The notes beneath the pieces were generated by a model, which ran no database searches, was not told the DNA's origin, and was given only the letters and a program-made list of their open reading frames with translations. A stretch of 64,000 nt of DNA. Source: the human T2T-CHM13v2.0 reference genome, Homo sapiens. The translations under genes and the position numbers were made by a program. The stretch is taken from assembly GCF_009914755.1 (NCBI RefSeq), contig NC_060927.1, one strand, 5' to 3'. Below are positions 40,701 to 54,412 of this stretch, one piece after another. Each line of letters begins with the position of its first letter. Position 1 is the stretch's first letter.

Positions 40701-41563
40701 GTTCACACGGCCATGTGACTTTATTCAAGGAGCCCTATCTTTTGGAGAGCCACTGTGCATGAGATTTCCTCCTGATGCCCTTTTCACTCAGTGGTAATCA
40801 CTTTAAACAAGCTTTTGGGGGCAGCTGGAGGGTTGCCCTTTCTCCATTAGGACACATATCCCAGTGGGAACAGAGAGCAGTTAAGGATGAAGCAATAAAC
40901 TCAAGTTGGGTTATATTCAGTTTGTCGCTTTTAGGTTGGGAAGGAGGGGTCAGAGGTTAATTTCCTGTGCTTTTTTTCTTGGGAAACCTTAGTTTTGCAG
41001 AATGTTACAGCTGAAAGTGGATGTAGATATCATCTAGTTCAATAACATTCATTTTGTGCATAAATAGAATCTTATAAATGTTAAACATGTAACCGCAGGG
41101 AAAAATGATGTCAATCTGGTATTAAGATCTACATAAGATTATCACAAACTGTCATTTCACTCTTGTAGAAAGACCATTGGTATGCTCATGGTTTTTGTAC
41201 CTTATCAAGTTACTTCTGGCCCCAACTTCCTGCCAGTACTGAATTGGACGAGAGATCACTTTGACATCTCACATGTGTGCTCCTGAATCACATAGGACTT
41301 AATGATTTTTTTCTTAATTTTCCCACAAAACTGTACTCCTGCCATTCAGTGCAGCCCTGCTGTTTCCTTTGTTCCAAAATTCCTACTTGATTTAAAAGCA
41401 GAGATTTTATTTCTTGTACTTGTCTTTTTCCTCAAATGGCATTTTTTTTAGTTTACTCTTACAACAGAAGGTGCCAACTCTATCTATTGTCTGTCTACCT
41501 GTATCATCTATCTATCACCTGTCTGTCTATATTATGTATCTATTGATGTGAATTAATATAATC

Positions 41564-42006
41564 TATGAAAGTTGTCAGAACCAAAGTGGAGTCACTTGTC
41601 TCAAACCTTAACAAGAGGGAGCTGAGGAAGGCCATGAAGGTGGGGCTATCATGTGTGATTTACCTGATTAACAGGACTTATCATAATAAGTTTTTCCAAA
41701 CTGCAGCTTGCTCCAGGAGCCACAGAACAGGTAGCATCACAAGGACAGATAGCTGCTTGTACAGAAACAGTTGCTTGAAACGTTGTCTCCACTCATGAAC
41801 TGACCTGAATTCCTGGATAAACTCCTGGAACCAATGTTCTCTTTGTTTCAAAACAACTTAGATGTACTCCTCTTTTTGTCTTTAAAAACTTCCTCTTGCT
41901 TCAACCTCCTTAGATATGCCCGTGGTCCACCATGGCACACATATTCTGATTATAATTCTTGTTATTCCCAAATAGATTTTCATTAGAGAACCTCTCTCTG
42001 TTGACA
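41564..42006 (+). mobile_element. ERV1 solo LTR, MER65-like
   Basis: tatgaaagttgtcagaaccaaagtggagtcacttgtctcaaacc...gaaggccatgaagg ... ending gttgaca. Confidence 0.65.
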
Positions 42007-42049
42007 AAAACAGACTTCATTTCCCCATTATTCACTCTCCCACAGAGAT

Positions 42050-42370
42050 AACTATTTCACATCTTCTCCCCTCTCCTCGAACCTCCAGTACTTTGTTCCT
42101 TCTCATCCTCTCAAGCTAATGATTCCACTTCTTATTCCACTAAGGAAGTAGAGAGACGCTAAAGAGAACTTTCTCATCTCTATATCACCCGATCAACTAA
42201 CCTACGTGCATCTGATCCACAAACTCTGCCATCCCTCTTGTTAATATGGATGAATGCACTGTGCTCACACCTAAGGCCAGCCTTTCCGCTTGTACACAAT
42301 TGTATCTCCAGCACTTAGTGCTATGCTTGGTGCATAACAGATATGAAGAGATGCAATACTTACAAATGAC
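42050..42370 (+). mobile_element. L2 fragments
   Basis: tcctctcaagctaatgattccacttcttattccactaagg...; tgtatctccagcacttagtgctatgcttggtgcataacag. Confidence 0.55.
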
Positions 42371-42554
42371 TGACAACACTACTCTTGTCCTAGTTGACAT
42401 AGATTCAAAGGCTGTCCAGTGAGTAAAATGCTAAGCCTTAAGAGTGTGACTTGTGTTATTTCCATTTCACATCACTAAAAGAGAAAGCTTTTATACTTTC
42501 TCTCTGGGTTCAGATTGGATGTGGTTGCCATATATCTGAATTCTCTTTGTTTAA

Positions 42555-42880
42555 TTATTTTATATATATGTATATTTGTGTGTGTGTGTGTGTGTGTGTG
42601 ATGGAGTCCACTCTTTCACCCAGGCTCCAAGAGCACAGTGGCACGATCTCGACTCACTGCAACCTCCACCCCCCAGGTTCAAGTGATTTTCCTGTCTCAG
42701 CCTCCCAAGTAGCTGGGATTATAGGTGCGTGCCACCATGTCCAGCAATTTTTTGTAGTTTTAGTAGAGACGGGCTTCACCATGATGGCCATGCTTGTCTC
42801 GAACTTCTGACCTCAGGTGATCGACCCACTTCAGCCTCCCAAAGTGCTGGGATTACAGGCATGAGCCACTATGCCGAGCC
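42555..42880 (-). mobile_element. AluS whose tail has turned into a (TA)/(TG)n microsatellite, inserted in an L1 tail
   Basis: (tg)n followed by atggagtc...ctgacctcaggtgatc...atgagccactatgccgagcc. Confidence 0.9.
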
Positions 42881-43301
42881 AGTTTTTAAAAGATTTTTAG
42901 GGGTACATTGTAGGTACATATATTTATGGGGGAACATAAGATAATTTGATACAGGCATATAATACATAATCACATGAGGGCAAGTGGTGTTTCTATTATT
43001 TCAAGCATTTATCATTTCTTTGTGTGACAAACATTCCACTTATAGTCTTTTAGTTATTTTAAAATGTATAATGAATTTTTGTTGACTATAATTACCCTAT
43101 TGTGCTATCAAATATAGATCTTATTATATTAACTATATTTTTGTACCCATTTACTATCCTCACTCCTCCTGTACCCACCACTACCCTTCCCAGCCTCTAG
43201 TAACCATCATTCTACTCTCTATCTCCATGAGTTCAATTGTTTTAACTTTTAGCTCACACAAATGAGTGAGAACATGAAAAGTTTGTCTTTCGGTGCCTGA
43301 A
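42881..43301 (-). mobile_element. L1MA 3' end fragment
   Basis: gggtacattgtaggtacatatatttatggg...gagtgagaacatg. The 13-bp TSD tgaattctctttg at 42537-42549 and 43302-43314 encloses both the L1 and the Alu. Confidence 0.87.
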
Positions 43302-44984
43302 TGAATTCTCTTTGGTTGAAACAAAAGTTCCAAGGGTTGTACTAGGGGATGAGGATAGGACAGGTAACATGATAGTATCCCTGTTGTCACAAAGTTTGCA
43401 TTATAGTGAAGTGAACAATTACTTTAATTTAAAATTTAGTTAGAATTTGAGGTACTTTGGACCTAAGTTGGTTAATTAATTAAAATACCAAATTAAACAA
43501 ACACAAGTGGATAATTTTCTTTTCTACTTGTCTGACTGCATTTTCTTATAGTATATTTATTTGGTTTGATGAGTATTTTTTCTTGTTTTACAATGTCTTT
43601 ATTACCTGAATTCCAACCACTGCAGCTGCCTTCTCACTATACTTTATCCCATGATGTGTAATTAAGCTGTCCCTTTTCCTGTAATTTAAAAGGTTAAAGA
43701 ATTGATTATAATCATCACTGTGAGGAAAACCAGCAGGAATAAAATTACAGATAATATTTTTCTTTAATCCAAATGTGTTTAATATATGTTTATTTCAAGC
43801 TGATCTCAGGACTTACAGAATAGGCTATGTTACCCATATCTAGCCTTTTAGGCAGAACCACAAACTATCTGTTGAGATAGATTATTATTCTTTTCAATAG
43901 TTTTAAAAAAGAGGAACGCTTATCTCTTTCTCTTTTGACCTCATGTTTTATAAATTTAAACCTTTATAAAATTCTTTCTTACATCTTACCTGGCTGTTTT
44001 CTGGGGAAATTTAAGCTCAAGTCTTCATAAAATACAAGTTTAACTTTATTGATTTCATTCATCTGACTTTCTTTCTTCAGCCCAAATAATTTAATTTCTC
44101 TGAAACTTTCTAAAAAGAAAGATTTGAGAAAAAAGTACTTTCTCTCTCAACTTCATTTTTCTCATTACTTTGTTGTAAACATAACTATGAAATAGCAAAA
44201 TATCACACAGTATATATTATAAAACAGAATTTTCATTTGCGCCAGATGCAGGAAGTAAATTATCTGCTCCTCATTTTTTTTTAAGTAAAGCTTACTTAAA
44301 TAACCTGGGGGAAGTACTATAATGAGTGAAACATTTCACCTGTATTAAAAATTTTTACAACTACATGAGAAATACAGTTTTAAATATGTAAGTGTAATCA
44401 AGAAAATGGGCTTTGCAGTGAATATTTTGTTTATTTGTGAAGTAATGATTCTCTTCTTAAACTTTCAGTCTTAGAGAAAAATATCTGCACATGAAAAATT
44501 ATAAACTCTCAGTATTTGACTGCCTGCTGAGTTATGTGTTATGGTATATTAGAAATCTTCAAGGAAGAAAGGATTAGAGTGGGCTTGAGTAACTGGGAAA
44601 GCAATCATACTGCAGGTGGAAGTTTAGATTTGAAAGAAATACTAGGATTTGCCTGAGAAGAGAGGAAGATATCACAGAGAGAAAAATTCCGAGTGAAGAC
44701 ACTGGATTCTGGCATGAATAACCCATATGAAGAAACATGGAATTTTGGCTAATAACTCCTGAGAAGAACAGGGTTACATTTAGAAAAAAAAGTTTAGATG
44801 GTGCCTTCAAAAAAATGACCTTTCTGATTATCATAGAAAAATATTGATATTTTCTGAGAGCAAAACACCTGACTAATTCTTTTTGTTTCATGCATTTATG
44901 ACTCCTTTCTATCCATCTGTCTGATCCATTCTGAAATAGGTATATTTTAATATGTATTTTCTTCTGAATATAGTAACACATATA

Positions 44985-45235
44985 ATAATAAAAATAATAG
45001 CATCTAGTATTATTCTGTCACTTACTATATGCTAGGAACTGTTTTAGGTGCCTTACAGTATTTACTCAATCTCTTAGAGCAAGCATATAAATACTGCCAT
45101 TACCTCAATTTTACACATGAGGCAAGTAAGGCACAAAGAGGACAGAAGAGGCTACACATTATAGAGTCACAATGGGCAGAGCCAAGATATGATCCAGAGC
45201 TTGTGCTCTTATCGTTATCCAGAGCCTGTGCCCTG
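44985..45235 (-). mobile_element. MIR SINE
   Basis: cacttactatatgctaggaactgttttaggtgcctta...attttacacatgaggcaagtaaggcacaaagagg. Confidence 0.65.
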
Positions 45236-45500
45236 GACTTAATCATGTAGGCACTTTTGTTGAGCATCTGCTGAGTGCTTGACATTGTGGGGTATACAAA
45301 TATTGGACATGGCTCTGCCCTTGAAGAGCTTACAACCTGTTGCTAAATTGTGAGAGAAAGATTTAATAAACTTCAATTAAGAGACGGTTAATGAGATCAG
45401 GGAGAGTCAGAGAGATTTGCGTTGAGAGGAGTTGGAGGAATTCACTGGGCTAGAAGACAGGGTTTAGGAGGGCACCAATGGGAGTGAGTATACAGAGGTG

Positions 45501-45928
45501 GTGTAAGTTTCCTATGGCAGCTGTAACAAATACCACCAACTTGGTTGCTTAAAACAACAGAAATGTATTGTCTCATAGTTGTGGAGGAGAGAAGTCTGAA
45601 ATCAAGATGCACTCCCTCTGTGGCGTCTAGGGAAGAGCCCTTCCTTGCCCCTTTCTGGCTTCTGGTGGCCTCGGCTATCCTCGGTGCTCCTCGGCTTGGA
45701 GCTGCGTCTTTCCAATCTGTCTCTGTCTTCACATGTCCTTCTTTCCTGTGCCTCTGTGTGTCCTCTCCTCTTTTTAGAATGACACCAGTCATTGGATTTA
45801 GAGTCCATCCTAATCCAGTATGGCCTCATCTTAATTTAACTAATTATATCTACAAAGACCCTATTTCCAAGTAAGGTCATATTGTGAGATGGGCATTAAT
45901 TTTAAGGGGTGCTATTCAACCTGGTACA
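45501..45928 (-). mobile_element. MLT1B/C LTR
   Basis: tgtaagtttcctatggcagctgtaacaaataccaccaacttggttgcttaaaacaacagaaatgtatt ... gacaccagtcattggattt...ctattcaacc. Confidence 0.85.
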
Positions 45929-45973
45929 ATTGCAACAAGCCCAGGGTTTTGTGGAATGGTGCAGCTACCATGC

Positions 45974-46236
45974 TTTTTTTTATTTTTTATTTTTTGAGAC
46001 AGGGTCTTGCTCTGTCACTCAAGCTGGAGTGTAGTGGCATGATCACCGATCACTGCAGCCTGACCTCCCAGGCTCAATCGATCCTCCCACCTCAGCCTCC
46101 TGAGTAGCTGGGACTACAGGCTTATGCCACGTCAGGCTAGCTTTTTTGTATTTTTTGTAAAGACAGGGTTTCACCATACTGCCCAGGCTGGTTCTGAACT
46201 CCTGGGCTCAAGTGGTCCACTAGCCTCAGCCTCCCA
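45974..46236 (-). mobile_element. AluJ, 5'-truncated
   Basis: gagacagggtcttgctctgtcactc...cccaggctcaatcgatcctcccacc; TSD-like ccatg(c/t)t. Confidence 0.9.
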
Positions 46237-46244
46237 TCCATGTT

Positions 46245-46335
46245 CTTTTTTAAAAAAATTTAATTTTTAATTTTTGGGGCTACATAGTAGGTGTATATAT
46301 TTCTGGAGTGTATGAGATATTTTGATACAGGCATT
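46245..46335 (-). mobile_element. L1MA 3' terminal fragment
   Basis: tttttggggctacatagtaggtgtatatatttctggagtgtatgagatattttgatacaggcat. Confidence 0.75.
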
Positions 46336-47214
46336 CCCACGCTTATTAGAGAAGACAGTAAGTGAGAGATCTTTGGGTTGGGTGAAATGTGACTCGTGTT
46401 TTAAGCCACAGGAGTTGGAATGACATTTCTGCATATGTTTCAGTGACAATATGAAACGATTTTATTTCCTGGAAAGTATTATCCATTTCTGGGTCTCATA
46501 AAGCCCTTGGTGATTGCCGTGCAAGAAATTAAGCAGATTATTTTTCTGTTGAAATATGCTTCTTTATCTTTCATAAGTTTACATCTTGCTACTGTTTTCC
46601 GTGCTTGTCGGTATCCACCTCCTCTTTCTCATATTTTGCAGTGTCATAAAACAGCAATCATTTCTTCAGTGCCTGTTATGTACCCAGCACAGATCTCAGT
46701 CTCTATATTTAATCTTCACAAGAAATTTATAAAAACCGTCCTATAATCTTTTTATAGGTGAGAAAACTGAGGCTATTTTTGTTTCATTGCTGCATTTTAA
46801 TGAAAATGAAATATTCTAGAGATTATTTTACCTCATAATTAGTCATGCAAATTTTAGTTAAAATGTAACCATGTGTTGTGCTACTACCATAATAATCAGA
46901 TGAATTAGACGCCTTTTATATTTCTTAAGTTCTCAAATGCTTAGGAAATGCTCTGCCTGGAAATGAGAAGCTTTCTTTGATTGCAAGACCAAATTCAATT
47001 TCAAAAAATGCTGGAGCTTAAAAATAGATATTGTAGAATCAAGGATATCTGACAGATCTAGTTTTTTAATTCATGCATTTCTCTTGGTAACATAAAGTTA
47101 CTGGGAACTTGAACTGCTGGCTCTTACATGTACATATTCAGAAAGTGTTATCTTTCCAACAGCTATTTAAAGCTTCTATTTCTCAAAATCCTATGTGAGG
47201 AATTCTAGCGGCGT

Positions 47215-47412
47215 GACTAAGAACATAAATGCTGGAGTTAGCCACCTGACTTGCCACTTTAGTTTGCTACATGAACGTGGAAAAGTTACTTAAACTTTTT
47301 GAGCCTCAGTATTCTCCTCTGCAAAGGAAATACAAGGGTAATTAACATATAGGACTACTTTAAAAACTGTATAAAATTGCATGTATTTGCCTGTAACAGA
47401 GTAAGTGCTAAA
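47215..47412 (+). mobile_element. MIR SINE
   Basis: aagttacttaaactttttgagcctcagtattctcctctgcaaa. Confidence 0.6.
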
Positions 47413-47764
47413 TTTATTCACCAACATTTAGTAAAGAACACACATTTACTTCATTATTTATGAAATTTACTTCATGACATTTTTAATGCTTGAGTTTGTG
47501 CTTTCAATTTCATTAGTTGGTAGATACATTTTAGTTTACTCTCTTTCAAGTCACAAAATCAAATGTAAAACCCAAGTTTCAAACATAGACAATCCAGTGT
47601 AAGGAAATATGGAAGATTTTATTGATAGCCTTGTTAAATGTCATGTAATACATGGATAATTGCTTTTATGGGTTGCTACATAGGCTTTTATAATAGCACA
47701 TATTAGAGTTTGATGTACTTAGGTGGTTTGGCATCTCTCAGCTTCTTTTTTTTTGTCAAACCTT

Positions 47765-48908
47765 TACTTTTATTTTATTTTATTTCTTAAATTATACTTT
47801 AAGTTCTAGGGTACATGTGCACAATGTGCAGGTTTGTTACATATGTATACATGTGTCACGTTGGTGTACTGCACCCATTAACTCATCATTTACATTAGGT
47901 ATATCTCCTAATGCTATCCCTCCCCCCTCCCCCAACCCCATGACAGGCCCCGGTGTGTGATGTTCCTCTTCCTGTGTCCAAGTGTTCTCATTGTTCAATT
48001 CACACCTATGAGTGAGAACATGCGGTGTTTGGTTTTCTGTCCTTGCAATAATTTGCTGAGAATGATGGCTTCCAGCTTAATCCATGTTGCTACAAAGGAC
48101 ATGAACTCATCCTTTTTTATGGCTGCATAGTATTCCATGGTGTATATGTGACACATTTTCTTAATCCAGTCTATCATTGATGGACATTTGGGTTGGTTCC
48201 AAGTCTTTGCTATTGTGAATAGTGCCGCAATAAACATACATGTGCATGTGCCTTTATAGCAGCATGATTTATAATCCTTTGGGTATATACCCAGTAATGG
48301 GATGGCTGAGTCAAATGGTATTTCTAGTTCTAGATCCTTGAAGAATTGCCACATTGTCTTCCACAATGGTTGAACTAGTTTACAGTCCCACCAACAGTGT
48401 AACAGTGTTCCTATTTCTCCACATCCTCTCTAGCACCTGTTGTTTCCTGACTTTTTAATGATCATCATTCTAACTGGTGTGAGATGGTATCTCATTGTGG
48501 TTTTGATTTGCATTTCTCTGATGGCCAGTGATGATGAGCATTTTTTCCTGTGTCTTTTGGCTGCATAAATGTCTTCTTTTGAGAAGTGTCTGTTCATGTC
48601 CTTTGTCCACTTTTTGATGGGGTTGTTTTTTTCTTGTAAATTTGTTTGAGTTCTTTGTAGGTTCTGGATATTAGCCCTTTGTCAGATGAGTAGATTGCAA
48701 AAATTTTCTCCCATTTTGTAGGTTGCCTGTTCACTCCGATGTTAGTTTCTTTTGCTGCGCAGAAGCTCTTGAGTTTAATTAGATCTCATTTGTCAATTTT
48801 GGCTTTTGTTGCCATTGCTTTTGGTGTTTTAGACATGAAGTCCTTGCCCATGCCTCTGTCCTGAATGGTATTGCCTAGGTTTTCTTCTAGGGCTTTTATG
48901 GTTTTAGG
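47765..48908 (-). mobile_element. L1PA (PA4-PA7-like), 5'-truncated, ~1.15 kb: ORF2 C-terminus plus 3' UTR
   Basis: attatactttaagttctagggtacatgtgcaca. ORF 47995-48366 encodes the L1 ORF2p C-terminus (...IPLLGIYPKDYKSCCYK...WNQPKCPSMIDWIKK...HRMFSLIG). Confidence 0.95.
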
Positions 48909-49497
48909 CCTTTCTTTCAAAAGATTTCAATAATTATTATTAGACTACTGGAATAATTTCCACTTTAGGTAGTTTTTTAAACTTTTGCCGAGCTATTAGT
49001 TGATAATGATCTTATGATTTCTTAAATCACAAGATAACTTATTGTCTTCTGGTACGTGCAATGCTTATTCAAAATATTTAAAAATAAGATTTAGCCACTT
49101 TTATAAATAGTAATTTTTGTATGTAATGGATCTTATTTGTTGTAGAACATCAAATATTATATATGTTTTCTTCCTCTCTCCATTCCAATATTTCCTTCTG
49201 TTAACCAGAGGTATGAATGTTTAAAGTAAAATAATATTACTTATGTTTTCTGTGTCCTTGCAGAACGGTGACTAATTGACAATTGTTACATTAAGCACCA
49301 CCTATCTCAAAATAACTTATTTTGCAAGTGATTTCTTTGGTTCTCAGAATCTTAGAAATCAGAAGTGGAATTCTATTAGGAGATTTATTTTTATTTCTCT
49401 TGTAACACAAGGTGAAACCTCTGGATATGTCTTGAATCAGAAAGCACAAGGCATTTACGGACAGAAGCTAGAAATTAATAGGGACATGTTTTTTGGC

Positions 49498-49982
49498 TAA
49501 ATATTTATTTATTAAATATATAAATATATATTTGTTAAATATATAATATATATTATTTATTAAATATATAAATATATATTTATTAAATATATAATATATA
49601 TTATTTATTAAATATATAAATATATATTTATTAAATATATAATATATATTATTTATTAAATATATAAATATATATTTATTAAATATATAATATATATTAT
49701 TTAATAAATATATAATATATATTATTTATTGAATATATAAATATATATTTATTAAATATATAATATATATTATTTATTAAATATATAAATATATATTTAT
49801 TAAATGTATAATATATATTATTTATTAAATATATAAATATATATTTATTAAATATATAATATATATTATTTATTAAATATATAATATATATTATTTATTA
49901 AATATATAAATATATATTTAATAAATATATAATATATATTATTTATTAAATATATAATAAGTATATATTAAATATTTATTTA
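49498..49982. repeat. AT-rich minisatellite of alternating 23-bp and 25-bp subunits
   Basis: A = taaatatataaatatatatttat, B = taaatatataatatatattatttat; 18 subunits at 49513-49946. Confidence 0.95.
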
Positions 49983-50453
49983 CAATTCTATCAGCGTTTA
50001 GGCTTGTATGGCTAGTTCTAAAATTATCTACTTCTATATAATCAAAATAATAAACTCCATGTGGACTTTTAAGTTGTCATACACAGTTTAGATTTTGTAG
50101 TGTCCATAGATCACCATTCTCAGTTGTTACCCCGTGTTATTTCATCGTGATACCTCACTTATAGGAAAAAAATTGAGTAAACTGTCTTCTGAAGATTATA
50201 ATAGAAAAATTAGTTTCCTTATTCTCATTTTAATTTTAGAAATTTCTCATATTCTAGGCATTATAATTTATCTTTTATATTTGTTTAGATTTGTTTTTAA
50301 GTGATACAATTATTGATTTACATTTTAAACCAATATATGCTTTAAATGAACACAAGTCTAAATTACAAGCAATTAGATTTTAAGTTGTTTATTTAAACAC
50401 TTGATTTACTTATAATAGAAAAATTGATTATTTAAAAATATTCTGCTTTTTAG

Positions 50454-50742
<289 letters not shown>

Positions 50743-53083
50743 AAATATCTGCTTTTTAAAAGGTGGTGTTGTATCAATGGGGACATAAAATCACTATACT
50801 TTTTGTTTATTCCTGCAAATATTCATAGGAAGTAAAAGAGAGCAGAACACATTAATATAACTTCAGATATACGGTGGACATTGCTTTGTTGAATTGAGTT
50901 CAGGGGTTGCCGATGTCTGAATTACTCTGTAAAAAGACAGAATTTGTTTTTTCTTCTGAAAGGGTGGGCACAGGGAAAAGGAGGAAGGGGAAGAGGAAAG
51001 AGTAGACAGAGTAGACAGTAAAAAGGAGGGCTGAGCCACCTGATGGGGTGTGTGAAGTGTTCTTAGGCTCTAACATTGAATTTAAATTTTTTTTTGCTGC
51101 TTTCAAGTATAACTTCTTCCTCTCTCCAAGATTTTTATTAAAGTCTGCAACAACAAAGGACTTTTGTGTGTGAGTGTAGATCAAGGAGAAGGGTTAGAGG
51201 TGAAGTCATAGTAATTTAAATTTAACATTCATTTCCTCATTCTTTTTTAGTAATTAGAATAAAATATTATTCTCATTTTACCTCTTAAATTTTGAAATAA
51301 ACATTAATATTACAGTATTCACAAATAGAACACAGCAATCTTATATCATTTTCAAGTGACACAAGGGTCGTTTTAAGTCTCCAAGGAATGCATGGCAATG
51401 GCAATGTTCATGCAGCTGGTCATCAGCACCCGGCACGGTGGTGTGAGTCAAAGCCTGGAGTAGTGTTAACAGCTCTGAGTGCACATTTACACAACACCAT
51501 AATGATGGGAAAGTATGATCCATTGGCAATTCACAGGCTGAGTTTACGTCACCAACTGATTTATAGTATGCACTATTATTACCCTGTGTCACAGAATATA
51601 GAAGTCAGGCACCCATTTGCATATAGTGGGTATGCAACCATTTGACACCTCATCAAGCATTTGAAAAGAAAAGAGGATTTCAAGTGATATTAATGGTATT
51701 AGCGGTAATACTAGGTTGCACAGACTCTTCTTTTATTTGGTTTTTAATGTTTTAACCAGCAATTGTAATCTCTCAACACTGGGGCTTAGTTGTAGTGAGG
51801 TCACTGTGTGTCCTTCCTGTAATGTGGTACAGCGTTCATCTCAATTGCTACAGTGTCGTAAAGTTATAATGGGATTATTCTTTCACATGCACAATCCCTG
51901 GATTTCAAAATGCAAATCTCAGGAGATTACAGTTAAACACTGTGTTATTGACCTAATTTCTCCGATGGTTTAAATTCATTTATATTTTTATCTGCAAAAT
52001 TTTATGCTTATAATTGTAAGCTTATTCAGTATGCTCAATATTCTAGTTCATGACAACTCAGCTCCATACCATCCCATTAGATGACCTAGCGGGCTGAATG
52101 AATAATTACAGAATCAGTTACATGAATGCCTGCATATACATGTATGTGTACGTATTTAAAACAATAAATATAAATGCTAGTTTTAATTTACATTATATTG
52201 AATAATTTCCTGATAGATTAGTTTTCTACTATCTGTGTCATGTCATATCATGGTTTAAGATAACTGAAAATGTTTTTAGGATTGTTGAGAGAAGAGAAAA
52301 CAGATAGAAATACTTTAGAATAAAATGCTCAATTTTACCATAATATTTAGTACCCGTACAATCTTATGAAGAGATTCATACTACCTACAGTATAAATTAT
52401 TGGATAATTTATTTCCATTTTTTTGCTAACCAAATTCCCACAACTATGATGTAAAAGATATATATGACTTATTATTTCTGAAATCAAAGTTCATTTTTCT
52501 TTCCATTAAGGCAACCATGAAATTTTGTTGATAATAAGATTGCGTTAGTTTAGATTTATTTGTTGCTATAATTTAGTTTTAGAAAGCATTGACTAGGAAA
52601 AATTATAATCTGTTAGAGAAGCATATATTTACTTTTTGATGTATTAAAATGAACACTGATTTGCTCAATAAGAATTTGTGTAAATAGTGTTATATTTGGT
52701 GTCCAATATGTTCACTTGTATACGCACAAAGAGGGCTCACCGTGGAAAGATCTGTGGGGAGGTTAGATTGGTATCCTCGTCTCCTGAGAACCATTTTACC
52801 CCCCACATGCTCCATTCCTCATGCTTCGTTGCTATCTCTTCTTTCAAATATGTTAGCGGTAAAATGGCTTAAGTGAGATAGACAGGTATATTCTGAAAGA
52901 AATATATATTTATTATTTACTTAATGCTATGTAAATATTGTAAAATGAAGGAGAGCACATTTTCATGATTCTGGAAATTTTTGTTAGTTTTAAATATATA
53001 TATATGTTTGAAAACCAATGTCCGTGGCAATCTTGGTTGGCAAATACATTTCTATCTCCAACCCCTTTCTTATGCATCCATTA

Positions 53084-53450
<367 letters not shown>

Positions 53451-53649
53451 TCACTATGGGACACAGTTCACAGATGCAAGTACAGGTATTCTGGGAAAGA
53501 TTTTACTGGTGGCACACCTTCCTTGTTCTTTTTGTTGATACTGATATAATGTTTGGTACTTTGGAAGCTATTTTGTGAACCTGTGGTAGTAAATATGAGG
53601 AAAAGATCCAGAGTACTAGGAATCCAACCCCAGCAGCCAATTCCCTGTA

Positions 53650-53978
53650 CCTGTGTGCCCCAATATGGTAGTCACTAGCTCCAGCTGGCTAATGAGCCCT
53701 TCAAGTCCAGCTAGTCTGAATGGGGATGGGCTGCAGGTGTAAAATGTGCACTGAATTTTAAAGCCTTAGTATGAAAAAAAGGAAGAAAATTACCTTAATA
53801 ATTTTAATATCGATTGCATGTTGAAATGATCATATTTGGATATATTAGGTTAAATAAAAGGTATTATTAAAACTAATTTTATCTGTTTCCTTTACTTTTT
53901 TTAAATGTGTCTGCTAGAATGTTTTCTATATATGGCCTGTGCTTGTTTCTCACATTATATTTCTATTGGGCAGCACTT
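53650..53978. mobile_element. MER33 (hAT-Charlie) DNA transposon
   Basis: ccaatatggtagtcactagc...gattgcatgttgaaatgatcatatttggatatattaggttaaataaaa...cattatatttctattgggcagcact. Confidence 0.8.
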
Positions 53979-54209
53979 CTCTCCACTTCTTTTTGTGTGA
54001 AAAAAGCTATATTTAGGCCAATAAAGTTTGGGCTGGTGGTTATGGCTGAAAGCTTCATGGAAGTCATTGCTTAGTCTTTCCTGTACAAAAGAACAGATGC
54101 TGTAGTTGTAATCAAACCCTACTATAGGCTTTACTTTTGTGCTCATCCAATACTACCTTCTGGTTGTTATTAGTTTTAAATGTTCATATGTTTTAAACAG
54201 TAAAATGAA

Positions 54210-54412
54210 GTAGACGTGGGTGCACATCTAGGCTGAACTTCTTATCGCCCATGGATATTAAGCAAGTTATTTAACCTCCCGGTGCCTCAGTTCCCCTAGT
54301 TTTAAAACAAACAAGATAATGCCTAACCTAGCTTATAAGACTGTGTAAGAATTAAGTGATAGAGTTTATATGAAGTGGGTAACTTGTATGCTTTGTACAT
54401 AGTTGTTGCTTA
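54210..54412 (+). mobile_element. MIR SINE
   Basis: agcaagttatttaacctcccggtgcctcagttccc. Confidence 0.6.

Noticed and set aside
47995-48366. 123-aa ORF with protein-like composition
   Set aside because: It is the C-terminus of L1 ORF2p in a 5'-truncated L1PA, with no promoter, ORF1 or RT domain. Not a host gene.
49513-49946. Regularly spaced repeats superficially like a CRISPR array
   Set aside because: No unique spacers, no cas genes and a eukaryotic context. It is a minisatellite.
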